64,000 bases of DNA from Octopus bimaculoides (Eukaryota): contig NC_069000.1 of NCBI RefSeq assembly GCF_001194135.2, positions 9,698,901-9,762,900 on the forward strand, read 5' to 3'. The position numbers were made by a program, and so were the translations under genes. Shown one piece after another: positions 13,676-42,760 of the stretch (its first letter is position 1; each line of letters starts with the position of its first letter). The notes under the pieces were generated by a model that saw only the letters and a list, made by a program, of their open reading frames with translations, was not told where the DNA came from and did no database searches.

Positions 13676-14385
13676 TTACTTTGTCTTCTTTGATTTTCGT
13701 GAATGCTTATTTTCATTCTGCTTGAGGAATTAGAAAAAAANNNNNNNNNNNNNNNNNNNNNNNNNNNNNNNNNNNNNNNNNNNNNNNNNNNNNNNNNNNN
13801 NNNNNNNNTGAGGTTGAATGTGTTTATTTGTTTTTTAATCTCTACTGGTGGATTAAATTTTTTGCAGGCATTTATGTTCCTGTAACTTAGCGGTTTGGCA
13901 AAAAGACAGACAGAATAAGTATCAGGCTTAAAAAGCAAAAAAGTACTGGGGTCAATTCATTTGACTAAAAATTCTTCAAGGCAATGCCCCAGCATGGCCA
14001 CAGTCTAATGACTGAAACAAGTATCATCATCATCATCATCATCATCATCGTTTAACGTCCGCTTTCCATGCTAGCATGGGTTGGACGATTTGACTGAGGA
14101 CTGGTGAAACCGGATGGCAACACCAGGCTATATATATATATATATACACACATACGTAAAAACAGTCTTGCTTAGAAATACTTACCTTTACCTTGATATA
14201 ACCATGTTGATCACAGATTTGCCTGGCGCAATTATTGATGAATTTGAAACGGTCTGGTCCCAAGAGAATCCCTCCAAACCAACGAGAGATGACCACAATA
14301 AGGTTTGTTGCCTCAATTATCTATAAGTATAAAACAAACTACAATGAATAAATGGAGGAAAGGAAGATAAGAATTACTATTATCA

Positions 14386-14423
<38 letters not shown>

Positions 14424-17400
14424 GTGGCACAACATGGGTGCTGGTACGAGGTACAACCACAAGTGCTTTACACCACAGGAAGGATTGATCTTAACACTTC
14501 TGCTGCACTCTTCAGTACAGCCAGATGCCAGGTGTCTCAGTTCTTTATTGTCATCTCACCTGAAAGGTTCAGCTACCTGGGGTCATCCTTCAGTACTTCA
14601 TCCCATGTCAGTAATTTCGGGGAGAGGATAAGTTGATTAAAGTACCAGCACTAAACTGGTACTTATTTTATCAATCCCAAAAGGATGAAAGATAAAGGTC
14701 AACCTTGGCAAAATTTGAACTCAGAATGTAAAGATGGGTAAAATACCTCAAAGCATTTTGCCCCACATGCTAACGATTCTGCCAGCTTGCTGCTGCCTTA
14801 ATAATAATAATAATCATGATAATAATGATAATAGTAATAATAATAATAAAATATCTGTGTCTGTGTGTGTGTGTGTGTGGCATGACTGTTTATCTCTACA
14901 ATGGTGTAAATGGACATAGACACATACATGTGCATATGTGAGTTTATGTCTGTGCTTGTGTTTCTAAAAATCTGGCAGTTTTCTATGTGGCATCTCTCTT
15001 TGCTCTGTAACCTAGCAATTTGACAAACAGAGATTAATACCTGTCCTATACCCTTGAAGGTGGCATCCCTAGAATGGCTGCAATCCAATGAATGAAACTA
15101 GGCAAAAAGAATAAAGGAATAAAAGCAGAATCTATGAAGGGAAGTAATGTTGGCTACAACAATGGACCGGTACAAAGTGTATCTAGAACTGACATGGCAT
15201 TTACCTGGAGCAGGTGGAGCAACCGAGAGCCAGCATGCACTTCACGATCATCGTCACAGCCCTGGATTACAATATTACTATCACCGGGTAGAATCCTAGA
15301 AATACAGAATTTTGTTTTCAGTTTACATGCATATATGATGTAGGCATATAGAGGGGTCGATAAGGTGGGTGTGTACGCGTTGTGGCAGACACCCTGCCCA
15401 GGTGAGAAGTAGGCTGGTCCACTACTAATAAATAGTGGACTGACACAGTCAGTAATGTCAGTCAGCAAGGCTTGCTGTTCGGGCCAGTCCCACAGAGATG
15501 ATGAAACACATAGTCATAATGCAGGATATAACAGTGGCAATGAGGATTCGTAACTCACATAGCCACTGATATGTAATAGCAGCACATAACGGTAGCGACA
15601 AAGATTCATAGCTCACACAGCCACTGATGTGTAGTAGCAGGACAAAGCAGTGGCAATGAGGATTTGTAGCTCACAGATATGTAGTAGCAGGAAATATCAG
15701 TGGTGACGAGGATGCCTCCCACTGTATAACGGTGTCATTATAACAATTGTAACGAGGTTACGAACACTCGTAGGAGTGTCAAAATGGAAGACCTACGTTC
15801 AAGAACAATGAAAGAAAGTTTGAAGAATTTGAACTCTAACACAGAATTGAACTACACACGGTGAAAAGTAATATACACACAGTGAAAAATGTCTGATAAA
15901 ACTGGATTTCTACACAGAACTGAACAACACACGGTGAAAAATAATTCTGTGTGGAAAAAATAATAATAATAACAATGAGTGTTCGAAGGATTTATAAGTC
16001 AGGTCGCTATATGTAGTGGCGCTACAAGTTATAATATAGACTTGGTACTACCTGCGGTATTTTGAAAAAAAAAACAAAACTATGGTTCTGTGTGGAACAA
16101 AAAATAATTCTGGTAAGAAAAAGAAAATGAAAAAGAATTAATGATACACTTGAAGTGAGTCATACCAGAAGATTTCAAACCTAAGCAGATATCATCTGTT
16201 GAAATTGAAAACAAACCAGTTGCTATGAAAGTTAAAACGGACAAAGAAAACGTTAGCCATTTTGTGATTGAGGATACTAAACGAGTTCTCCTTGAAAAGA
16301 CTCCAGATGAAATGTCGATGGAAGTGACTAGTGAAGAACATGTAGAAAATTCTGAAGTTAGAGAATCTGAGCCATCTGTTACAGGAAAATTCCTTCTATG
16401 GAAAATGCTTCATTGAAGGATCGTTCTAATGCAAAAACTTCAAAAGATAATGAAAGTTTGTAGGTAACTGATCCAGTGTAATGAAAGGAACAAGCTTTAG
16501 AAAAAGAAATGAAGAAATGCACACACACACACATATCGATACATATACTTTAACCAAACACCAAGCGTCCTTACCGGTATGCCATGATATTATGGGTTGC
16601 ATTTGCTACTTTCTTATTCTCAAGAAGTTTCTCCATAACCATGTTTACCTAGAAAAGCATTAAAACAGAATCAATCTAAAACCCTCAAATTTAAATAAAT
16701 AATCTGAGACAGAAGAAATTCAATAAAATATTTTGAAAAATATACAAAAAAAAATATGATGGCAATGCAGTAGAGTGACTCAATGGACAAGAGTTCAAAC
16801 CTGAACTAAATATTATTGTTTTAGGTATATTTCCAGACTGGCAGTGGTTGGATGGATCTGTTCCATCACAGTGTCTTTGCCACTTATGCAGTGCTTTGCT
16901 AATGAATACACTAGAGAAAATCAACAGAGTTTGTTGTTGTATATGTCATGTTATTTTTTGTATAATAAACTGGCACTCCATCTGTTAAGATGATGAGGGT
17001 TCCAGTTGATCCAATCAACTGCACAACTTGCTTGTGAAATTAATGAGCAAGTGGCTGAACACTCCACAGACATACACACTTTTAATGTAGTTCTCAGGAA
17101 GATTCAGCAGGACACAGGATATGACAAGGCTGGCCCCTTTGAATTACTGGTACAACGCATTTTAGCCAGCTGAATGGACTGGAGCAACATGAAATAAAGT
17201 GTCTTGCTCTAGGATGCAGTGTGCTACCAGGAATTGAACTCACGACTTCACAACCCTGGGCCACTAAGTTATGTATCTTCACTTTTCATATAATATTTTA
17301 TGGCTGGATGGATGCCTTTCCAACTACTTTACAGCATGGATTGAGTATATTCTCTTCTGTGACCAATGTGAGATAGGTTGTCTGCCAGAAGTAGAACACC

Positions 17401-20400
17401 TGTTATTATTTGATGTTAAAGCGGTGAGCTGGCAGAAATGTTTAGTAGTATTTCATATGCTGCTATGTTCTGAGTTCAAACTCCACCAAGGTTGACTTTG
17501 CCTTTCATCCTTTTGGGGGTCAATAAATTAAGTACCGGTTGCGTACTGGTACTCAATTTATCGACCCTGAAGGAAGAAAAAAACAAAATCAACTTGAATG
17601 GGATTTGAACTCATAACATAAGCTGGAAGAAATGCTTCAAAGCATTTTGTCCAGCATGCTAACAATTCTGCCAGTCACGAAGCAATGCAATATAATAAAT
17701 CTTTCTTACTTGGCACTTGTGTGTGACAGGGGCTAAGTGAGCCTGAAATGTACTGCGTTTCTCTGTCATAGGTTCTCCATGGTGTATCACAGGGCATTCA
17801 ACAGCTGCAAGAAGAAGAAGAATTAGCAAATTGACTCCAGTACTTATTCTTTGGAAACCTAGTACTTATTCTATTGGTCTCTTTTGCTGAACCGCTAAGA
17901 AGTCAAGCAAATTATTTTATAAAATAAAATAAATAAAGCAATAAGGTGTACCTTCTACATTTTTGGTATTCACAAAATCTTCTTCAATATCGGCTTCAAT
18001 ATCAAAGTTGAAATCCTTAGTTTCTTCGGGCTCTTCTAAAGTAACATTCTTTAACTGGACATCAGGGTATGTATGAACTGGAATGATTACAATCCAAAAG
18101 GGGTCATAAGTTAACCTTCATAAGCACAGAGTGACAGAAGGATCAGAAAGGACAAAAGCAGAACAAATATAAAACTGCCCCTTTTCGTTTAAGATATAGC
18201 AATTATCCTGCATTTCTGCCTCTAGATAAAGTATGATTACTATGGATAACAAGAAAGGATACACTACTGTTCTCTGTACTGTTCAGTAAAGAACAATACT
18301 GCTTGTATAACCCTTTATTTTGTACTCTTAAATAAGAGTACAGGCTTTATGAAAGGTGGAAGAAGCACAAATGTCCTGAGAAAATAGTTGGGCATTGAAG
18401 GCATTAGACATTATGTACAGGAGAAGCAGTTGTGATGTGACTGGATGAAAAGGATAAGTACTAAAGACTGTTACAGATGATGATGATGATGACAGTCAAG
18501 ATGATGATAATGATGGTGATGGTTTGGATGCTATTTCTATATTGAGGCTCCCTTACTTAGATAAAAATAAGAGTAAAAAAACAAGAGAAATCTTAGTGGT
18601 AATTTTGGAAAATGCTATGAAGTCACAATATAAAACACACCACGATTGGCTCATATATGAACAATCTGAATAAGGCCGAATATACTTACTTGGAGTACCA
18701 TCAGTCTTTTGTGCTAAGATATTTCGAATTTCTTCTACCCATTTGAAAATTATACATTCACCTAAGTTATCTCTGAAAGGAAATAGAACAACATTGTAAG
18801 CTATAAAGATGGAAACCAACGCCTGGTTGGCACATAGACGAATTTCCATCAACACAAAAAGGTCACCCATTCAACTACATGTCTGCTTTAATGAAAATCA
18901 TCTAGACATAATGAGAGAATAACAGAATAACTTCTGGCCAAATACTTGCTAGCTTAAGCATCACCATAATCCTTTAACGTCTGTTTTCCACGCTGGTATG
19001 GGTTGGATGGTTTGACTGGAGCTGGAGAGCTGCACCAGGCTCCAGTCATCCTTTCTTGTTATCCATAGTAAGTGCACTTTATCTGGAGGCAGAAATCAAG
19101 GCCTTTGCCTTAACCAGAAATGCAGTCTAGTAGCCATGTCTTAAACAAAAAGGGGCAGTTTTATATTCATTCTGCTTTTGTGTCCATTCCGATCTTTCTA
19201 TCACTCTGTGCGTTTGTGAAGGTTAACTTATGGCCCCTTCTGGATTCTTATCATTCTATTTCCAGTTCATATATACCCTGATGTCCAGCTAAAGAATGAT
19301 ACTTTAGAAGAAACTAAGGATTTCAACATTAATATTGAAGCTGATATTGAAGAAGATTTTGGCTTCTAGCTGGATGCCTTTCCTAAAGCCAAACACTTTA
19401 CAGAATATAATGGGTGTCTTTTACATGTCACCAATATGGGTACCTTTTACATGCTGCTGGAATGAGTGCTTTATACATGTCATATGCATGGGGTGTCTTT
19501 TATGTACCATGACCACCGTTCACTTTACTCACCCCCCACCATTTCTCATACAAGGCCAATCTTCCTCCCAGACTAACCTACCATATAATGTACAATTCAA
19601 ACAAATCTCCTGTAGCCAAGGGTCTGGTATCCTACACATGTCAACTATTGTCTCTGACAGGTTTCCCCAAGACAGAAATATTTATACTTACAAATATATT
19701 TCTTGTAATTGGTTTTCAATCTGTGTTCGTTCTTCTCCTCTTATCCAGGGACAACTGAAAAGAAGAAAACAGTGAAGCTGATGATGATTATGAAGAAATA
19801 CAGACTACAATTATTGCTCTGTTTACTAATTATAAAGTAGTGTTCTTCTGTTATGTGGTCAGATCAATCAGGAAGTAAATGAAATTAATATAAAAATAGT
19901 AATGATATGTATTTATGTAATCAACATATTACTGTATGTATTTACGTACATACATACAGTCATGTGTCGATATATGAGTTAATTTGCTTGTAAAGTGAAA
20001 ACTCATAAACGGAAAATTAAACTTGTGAAAGCTTGTAAACCTGGGGTCTCGTAAAGTGGGTCCTCATAAAGTGAGGTATTACTGTATGTATGAATGTATG
20101 TATGTATGTGTGTATATATGCATATGTGACTGTGTGTGTGTGTGTGTGTGCGTGTGCGTGACTGTGTGTGTATGTGAATTATTTTCCTCTTAAATATATT
20201 ATCATATATGATTAATTGTCTTACTCTTCTGTATGTGAAGGAGTTTCTACATGGTTGTTAGATTTGCTGGAAATGTCCCTTAAACGACAACCAACTACCA
20301 CTTTAAAAGAAAAAAAAAAAAGGACACACTGGATGATGTAGTCTGGGGTACACTGTGCTTGAAAAATGAAATGGGATGGTCATGACTGGAATGACTTAGA

Positions 20401-22259
20401 TCATTGGTTTACTCAATTAGGGTCGATTTGGAACTGAACAACAAGATTTTCACACAAACACATTCACTTGATAAAAGTCAAATATTTACCTGAGCTGGTA
20501 CTGTGGCGGGGATACGCTTGGGTAATCCTCTGGCATTTGAACCTGGAAACAATGCAAGAAAAATGTTTAGTTAATGAATTGTGCAATTCTTTTACAGAAA
20601 ATGAAACAACATGCAGCAGAATGACATGTAGAGAGAAATTCTAGACCAGCAATTTTAAAGAGTGTGTGTGTTAGTCAATCATATCGATTCCAATGCTTGA
20701 GCGGTACTTTATTCCTTCAACCCGAAATGGATTGAAGCAAAATTGGTCTTGACAGTATTTGAACTTAGAATATAAAAAGCCAGGAGAAATGCTAATACAC
20801 ATTTTATCCGATGTGCTAATCATTCTACCAGTCCACCACCATAATAATAATAACAACAATAAGAATACAGTGAATGGTTTGAGATGGGGAACCATATTTA
20901 AATAGGCAAAAAATATCTTCTGGATAAATTATTAGCTTTGCCATTTTAATTAATGAAAGCTTGATAATCTTCAAATCAAATTATATGAAAAAATTCGTTT
21001 TTTTTTTACTTGCAAGCCCAGTTTCCACTTTGGGTCATCTTGCCCGTCTGTAATCTGGATGGAGTAAATACGGGAAGTGCTGTCCACGACACGCCAGTCA
21101 TCTCCATAGATTGCAGTCAGAGCTTCTATTTCATCAACCTGAAAATGTTTAATAAATGAGGTAAAAAAACATCTACAAATATGTGTTTATAGTTTTGATC
21201 ATAGAAAAAAGTAAAAAAAAAAAGTAGTTTTTGGTATTCAGCTCAGTCAATGAATTTTAGATATTCATATAGCTTGTATTCATGTACAGAACCTGCTGTT
21301 TCAAGATGATCAAAGAAACAATTTTTCTTCTTGGGGAGAATGCTAGTTTATCATCAGGAGTTTTTCATCTAAATCAGTGTTTCTCAACCGTTTTTTGCCT
21401 ACGGACCCCTTTGATTCCTGTTTTACTTAGACGGGCCCTTTTGATGTTGGGGTACACACACACACATATACATATATACGACGGGCTTCTTTCAGGTTCC
21501 GTCTATCAAATCCACTCACAAGGCTTTGGTTGGTCCGAGGCTATAGTAAAAGACACTCGCCCAAGGTGCCACGCAGTGGGACTGAACCTAGAACCATGCG
21601 GTTGGTAAGCAAGCTACTTACCACTCCTGCGCATATAAAAACGAAAGAAAAACATATATATATATATATCAAAAGCNNNNNNNNNNTTTTTTTTTTTTTT
21701 TTTTTTTTGTCTTCTGAACTTCAGACGTTCATAACAAAAATTCAAAGAGTGCTGTTTTTAAGGGCATCAAAAGAAAAAAGAGAGAGGATTTATTGAATAC
21801 AAACTTAAACGCATAAATGCCAAATTTTTTTTTTTACAAAATATAATCTTTGTAACAACGATCTTTGAGAGTAACAAGTTTGAAATCTCAGGTCAGCTCT
21901 GACCGAGCAGGCCCGTGGCGAACGGCGTTCCTGACATGGTCATTTCATGTCTTTTATATATCAAGAACTACACAATCCAACGTCTTCCATTAAAACGGAT
22001 GGACGTAATTTAAGAACGATCTGGCTATTATATCTAGCAGATTGAATGACCACACAGAAGCCACACTGTCTGCTCTCGAATAACATGTTTGTTACATTCG
22101 GCATGTCATTTTCGTTCGATATATTTATATTAATTTAATTCTTCAATACTCAACGAAGACATAGACATATCATATATCAATAAACATAAAGAAAAAGGTG
22201 AAGCCAAAAATGACAGTCAAACTCACCTGTCGTGTCAAATTATCTTCGATCACGTCCAT
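13676..22259 (-). CDS. IMPACT: Protein IMPACT (RWD domain plus UPF0029 ancient domain; GCN1/GCN2 regulator), complete, 307 aa
   Basis: Exons 22259-22227, 21138-21010, 20542-20490, 19754-19692, 18772-18690, 18077-17952, 17804-17710, 16648-16575, 15295-15205, 14320-14186 and 13717-13676, totalling 924 nt in frame with GT-AG junctions. Motifs: DEIEALTAIYG, MPEDYPSVSPP, CPW (RWD), KRSTFQAHL, ATHNIMAYR, SRWFGGILLGPDRFKFINNCAR, and a Lys-rich C-terminus. Confidence 0.95.
15521..15715. repeat. Degenerate tandem repeat of about 58 bp (about 3.5 units), hairpin-bearing
   Basis: Units begin GCAG...CAGTGGC...GGATT..TA.CTCAC..AGCCACTGAT; CAGTGGC/GCCACTG forms an internal inverted repeat. Confidence 0.75.
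19048..19360 (+). pseudogene. Inverted duplicate of IMPACT exon 6 and its upstream intron (antisense pseudo-exon in IMPACT intron 4)
   Basis: Reverse-complement match to 17974-18260, including the acceptor ccag|TTCAT and the sequence encoding HIYPDVQLKNDTLEETKDFNINIEADIEEDF; 9-nt deletion relative to the native exon. Confidence 0.9.
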
Positions 22260-22620
22260 GACACACAAGTTGCTGTAGTGTCAAGTGTGGCGGTGAACAT
22301 TTCCAAATTGTACCTTCTGAATAAATTCATTAGTTTGCCTTGGAGACATTTAAGATTAATTCCTTCTTCTGCATTTCACTACCTTCAGCTTAAAGCTGGG
22401 GGAAAATCATAAAAAGAAAACGAATAAACAATACTTAAGAAGAACAAAAATTAGAATTTAACACGCAATGAAACTGCATAAGACAAAAATTACAAGCTGT
22501 AGTTTTAGCAAATAAAACGGTGTTGGTGGATAGTTAACAACAGGAAAAATAACATCGCTAACAAAATTAACACTAAAATTGGGGCACTTAACCAGTTTGT
22601 CACGGAAAGCTAAAGTAAGT
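22260..22620. promoter_or_regulatory. Putative bidirectional promoter / 5' region shared by IMPACT (-) and copine (+)
   Basis: IMPACT ATG at 22259. A plus-strand consensus donor AAA|GTAAGT at 22614/22615 could end a non-coding copine first exon; the copine ATG exon begins with a splice acceptor, so an upstream exon is required. Confidence 0.4.
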
Positions 22621-22841
22621 ATTAGATGTCTTCTCTCTATTATATTTATGTGTACATTTACATAGGTCGTTTCTTTTTTTTTATTTTAAAAAGTTTCTAT
22701 GCCGTTTTGTAGCTTTTTTTTCTTCTGTGGTTTTGCCAAAGCTTGGCACACCCATTTGGCAGACCGAAATTCTTTCCCCGACAAAGATATTTCGATCACA
22801 TTTAATCTCATGATATGTGCGTATATGTTGGAGTTTTCACT

Positions 22842-22915
<74 letters not shown>

Positions 22916-24073
22916 AATGGATGTGTTATAATGCCATTCCACATACACGAAAACAACCATACCAACAATCCAACATACCTCCACCATCAGCTGCCTCACA
23001 GATAAGCACTATATGAACTAATGTACGTTTATTGTGTATGCGTGCGCGTGTACCCCTTGATCGCACTGAGTTTTACATGTTATGTCATAATAAATTGTAA
23101 CGAAAATGTCTCTTTCGTCTCGATATACATATGAGACATTAAAAGCGCCAATGTATTCGCGCGCGCGGACACACATGCATAGAGAGAAAGAGAGAGAGAG
23201 AGAGAGAAAGTTCTATTACAGTTGATATGTTATAAGTACGATACACAAGTGCTAAAACGTTGTAAATAAATCGAGTTTGAAACAAATCGTAGGGAATATG
23301 AGAACCAGATATTATAGGAATATGTGAATCTTGGCGAAGAGTAATAAACAACAGCAGCTTAAGTTACATTATAAAACTGTGTCAAGAAAATAAGGTTCTC
23401 AGAAGAGGTGGATTCTTAATACATGTGAAAATGCCAATTCTCTATTTAAGCTGTAGCCAAGCCAGCAAGACTCTGGTACACACTAAAGTTACGAAGAAAT
23501 GACAGATCTTTAAAAATCAGGGCAGTAAAAAACACCGGAGGGGGTTTATTCCGTTAAGAAGTATCAGTCTTTTGGATTAAGCTACCCAATGAAATAGTGA
23601 ACTCAACCAAATTAAACTAAAATACCGCAGTAATAACAAGAATGTGTCTCTAGTATGATCAATCAGGTGTAGTCTATTAGTCAACAGATACAAAGTTTCT
23701 CAGTAAACTGTATAAATAAATAATTCAATACATACGTTTAGGAAGTAAATACCTATAATCATTAAGAAATAAAATAATGGGGAAAAAAAGCAACAGAAAA
23801 TAGGTGGATCTTTTTGAATTGACAGGCAGCACTTGTTTTCTTAACGAAACACTTTCAAACTTGGGATACTGGTAGAATGTGTCATATAAAACATCTTTTT
23901 CTCTTAGCCTTCTAAACAAAAATTTCTACATTGCAAGTTATTTCATGTTAAAGTTGTCGTATTTTTGTAGATAGACATCAGTGATTGGTTGAAATTACCG
24001 AAATACGACAATTTTTTTACATGAAATAACTTCGAATGCAAAAATTTTTATCTGCTCTATAATACAAAATATA

Positions 24074-24320
24074 GGTACTACTAAAGCAGAGTGGTCCCGA
24101 ACGCGCGGTCGCGCTAGCTAGTCGTGAGTGGTCGATCCTAACTCTAACCCTATTCCTAACCCTAACCCTATCCCTAACCCTAATCCTAACCCTAACCCTA
24201 AACATGTATTCATTTGCACGCGCGCGCGCACTTTTTGTAGGATCGACCACTCACGACTAGCTAGCACGGACACGCGACTGCGCGGGTGCGCATTCGGGAC
24301 CACTCTGCTTTAGTAGTACC
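24074..24320. mobile_element. Non-autonomous Mutator-like (MULE) MITE with telomeric (CCCTAA)n core
   Basis: Perfect 28-bp terminal inverted repeat GGTACTACTAAAGCAGAGTGGTCCCGAA, a second perfect inner IR of about 27 bp, and an exact 9-bp target-site duplication CAAAATATA (24065-24073 and 24321-24329). About 11 CCCTAA-like units lie at 24138-24201. A 9-bp TSD with G-starting long TIRs is typical of MULEs. Confidence 0.85.
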
Positions 24321-26322
24321 CAAAATATACAAGTATACGAAGTTTGAAAGTGTTTCGGTACCAAAAACACTACATAAAACATAAATGAAAAGTGGTGCCC
24401 GTCAATTCAGAAAGATCCAAATAGGTCTATGTACATATAAATACAAAGAGACAATTATTTTATCAAAATACATTGTGTTTGTTATAATTTACATTAATTC
24501 TGTGAAAACGAATTTATTTTACAAAAGAAAAACAAAAAAAGGGAAAAAAACATCAATGCAACACCAAGTGCCTCAATTGGTTGCACAAGATTCTACAGAA
24601 TGTGGCTATCATAGAAAGCACTTGCCCAAAGTGGCACGCAGTGGGGTTGAACCTGAGACCAGGTGGTTGCAAAGCAAACTTCTTAAGCATACAGCCATAT
24701 GTGCACTTGTTCAATGTTTCTTTCTTTTTCCGAAGACTGTTGGGTATCATATATGAGTGATTTGGCTGCTATTTCTAGCAAGCTGAGCAACAGTATAGGA
24801 GCACTCTCTGGTTTCCTAAATAAATGGTAATATTTATGTTATGTAAGGTGGGGAGCTGACAGAATTGTTAGCACACCAGGCAAAATGCTTAGTGGCATTT
24901 CTTCAGTCTGAGTTCAAATTCCACCAGGGCTGACTTCGCCTTTCATTTTTTCAGGGTCGATAAAACAAGTACCTGTTGAGCACTGGGGACAACGTTATTG
25001 ACCTACCCTTCCTCTGAAATTGCTGGCCTTGTGCCAAAATTTGAAATCCATATTTATGTTATGTTAAAGGTGGTAAAAGAGGAGTAGTTGAAGGAGCAAA
25101 GTGCATTAAAGGTGAATGTAGTTTAATGAAATTGTATAACAAATAGATATAAATGGCGGTGCCCCAGCATGGCCACAGCTCATGAGCTGAAACTAGATAA
25201 AATGAAAAATGAAAAATAACATAAAGTAAAAAAAAAAAATCGCAAAGGACTGGAAGAATGTTGAGAATACACATTGGTTAGAAGCAGTTAGTTGCTTTTA
25301 GCTTAATAGAGCATGTAATGATGATAAAATAAATATCACACACATTGATATCATGATATCGTTTCTGTTGTTGTTGTTGTTGTAATTGAGTAACCCTGGC
25401 AACTGTTTAGACATGTCAGAGCAACCTAACGGACCAGCCATTTTATGCAAATACCATGGCAGCATGGAAACCAGACATTAAATGATGATGATATCCGTTG
25501 CATCAATTTATGGTAAGTGACTTAGCAATGGCTGTTCCAGCTTTACTCTAGGATATCTGCTCTAAAATTAGAACTTAGAACATCTGGTTAATGTTACAAA
25601 CTAGCCACGTTGCACATTTAACACAACAGACTACTCAGATGCTCACGGCATACGTAACATTTAGTACAGTGACATTATTACATTACACACACAACAATAT
25701 ATACGCACCCATAAAGGGCCTTAAAAACCTCCTCCCTCATTCTCAACAGTGTCCCTTCCCCACTAATATTTTCCACTGATTATTCTTTCTGTGCTGTCAG
25801 TCATTACTCCCTTTCCCTTCAGCACTTCCTATTGACAGTTATACCTCATTGTCTCATGCCGCTGCCTCATATCTACAATCAGCCAACCTTCTCCTTTATT
25901 CTCCCCTCACTATAGTCAACCCTATATATCTCTGACCACTCCACCACCATCATCATCATCATCATCATCTTACTCTCCCCAAACTTTTACAATCCTTTAC
26001 CTACCTACCCCCACCCATCATCCCCCTGTCTTTCATTCCTTTATTATCTTGTAGTTTTGAGATTTCAATGATGTGATTGCTTATTTTTAGAATGACATTG
26101 TAGGGTAGGTGCGAGAGGCTAGATCTGGTAGGTTTGAACATAAGGCAGGTAGAATATTTGGACCAGATATGGTCAGTTTAAATGCAAAAGGGTTAAGGAG
26201 GTTGTTGAATGCTTTACCAGCCGTTATCAGGTAACATACTCAATACTTTTTAATTCAGTTCTGCTTTATCAATCCACATCTCCTCGTTATATAGTAATTA
26301 AACTGTTTTCGCTCTATTCCAG

Positions 26323-42248
<15,926 letters not shown>

Positions 42249-42760
42249 NNNNNNNNNNNNNNNNNNNNNNNNNNNNNNNNNNNNNNNNNNNNNNNNNNNN
42301 NNNNNNNNNNNNNNNNNNNNNNNNNNNNNNNNNNNNNNNNNNNNNNNNNNNNNNNNNNNNNNNNNNNNNNNNNNNNNNNNNNNNNNNNNNNNNNNNNNNN
42401 NNNNNNNNNNNNNNNNNNNNNNNNNNNNNNNNNNNNNNNNNNNNNNNNNNNNNNNNNNNNNNNNNNNNNNNNNNNNNNNNNNNNNNNNNNNNNNNNNNNN
42501 NNNNNNNNNNNNNNNNNNNNNNNNNNNNNNNNNNNNNNNNNNNNNNNNNNNNNNNNNNNNNNNNNNNNNNNNNNNNNNNNNNNNNNNNNNNNNNNNNNNN
42601 NNNNNNNNNNNNNNNNNNNNNNNNNNNNNNNNNNNNNNNNNNNNNNNNNNNNNNNNNNNNNNNNNNNNNNNNNNNNNNNNNNNNNNNNNNNNNNNNNNNN
42701 NNNNNNNNNNNNNNNNNNNNNNNNNNNNNNNNNNNNNNNNNNNNNNNNNNNNNNNNNNNN
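42249..42760. other. Assembly gap (N run) hiding the copine stop codon
   Basis: Other gaps: 1707-1716, 13741-13808, 21677-21686, 46043-46400, 48008-48122 and 54833-54842. Confidence 1.

Noticed and set aside
15521-15715. CRISPR-like array
   Set aside because: Whole units are homologous, with no unique spacers, and the context is eukaryotic.
24128-24313. PN-repeat or LG-repeat ORF
   Set aside because: Translation of the CCCTAA array inside the MITE.
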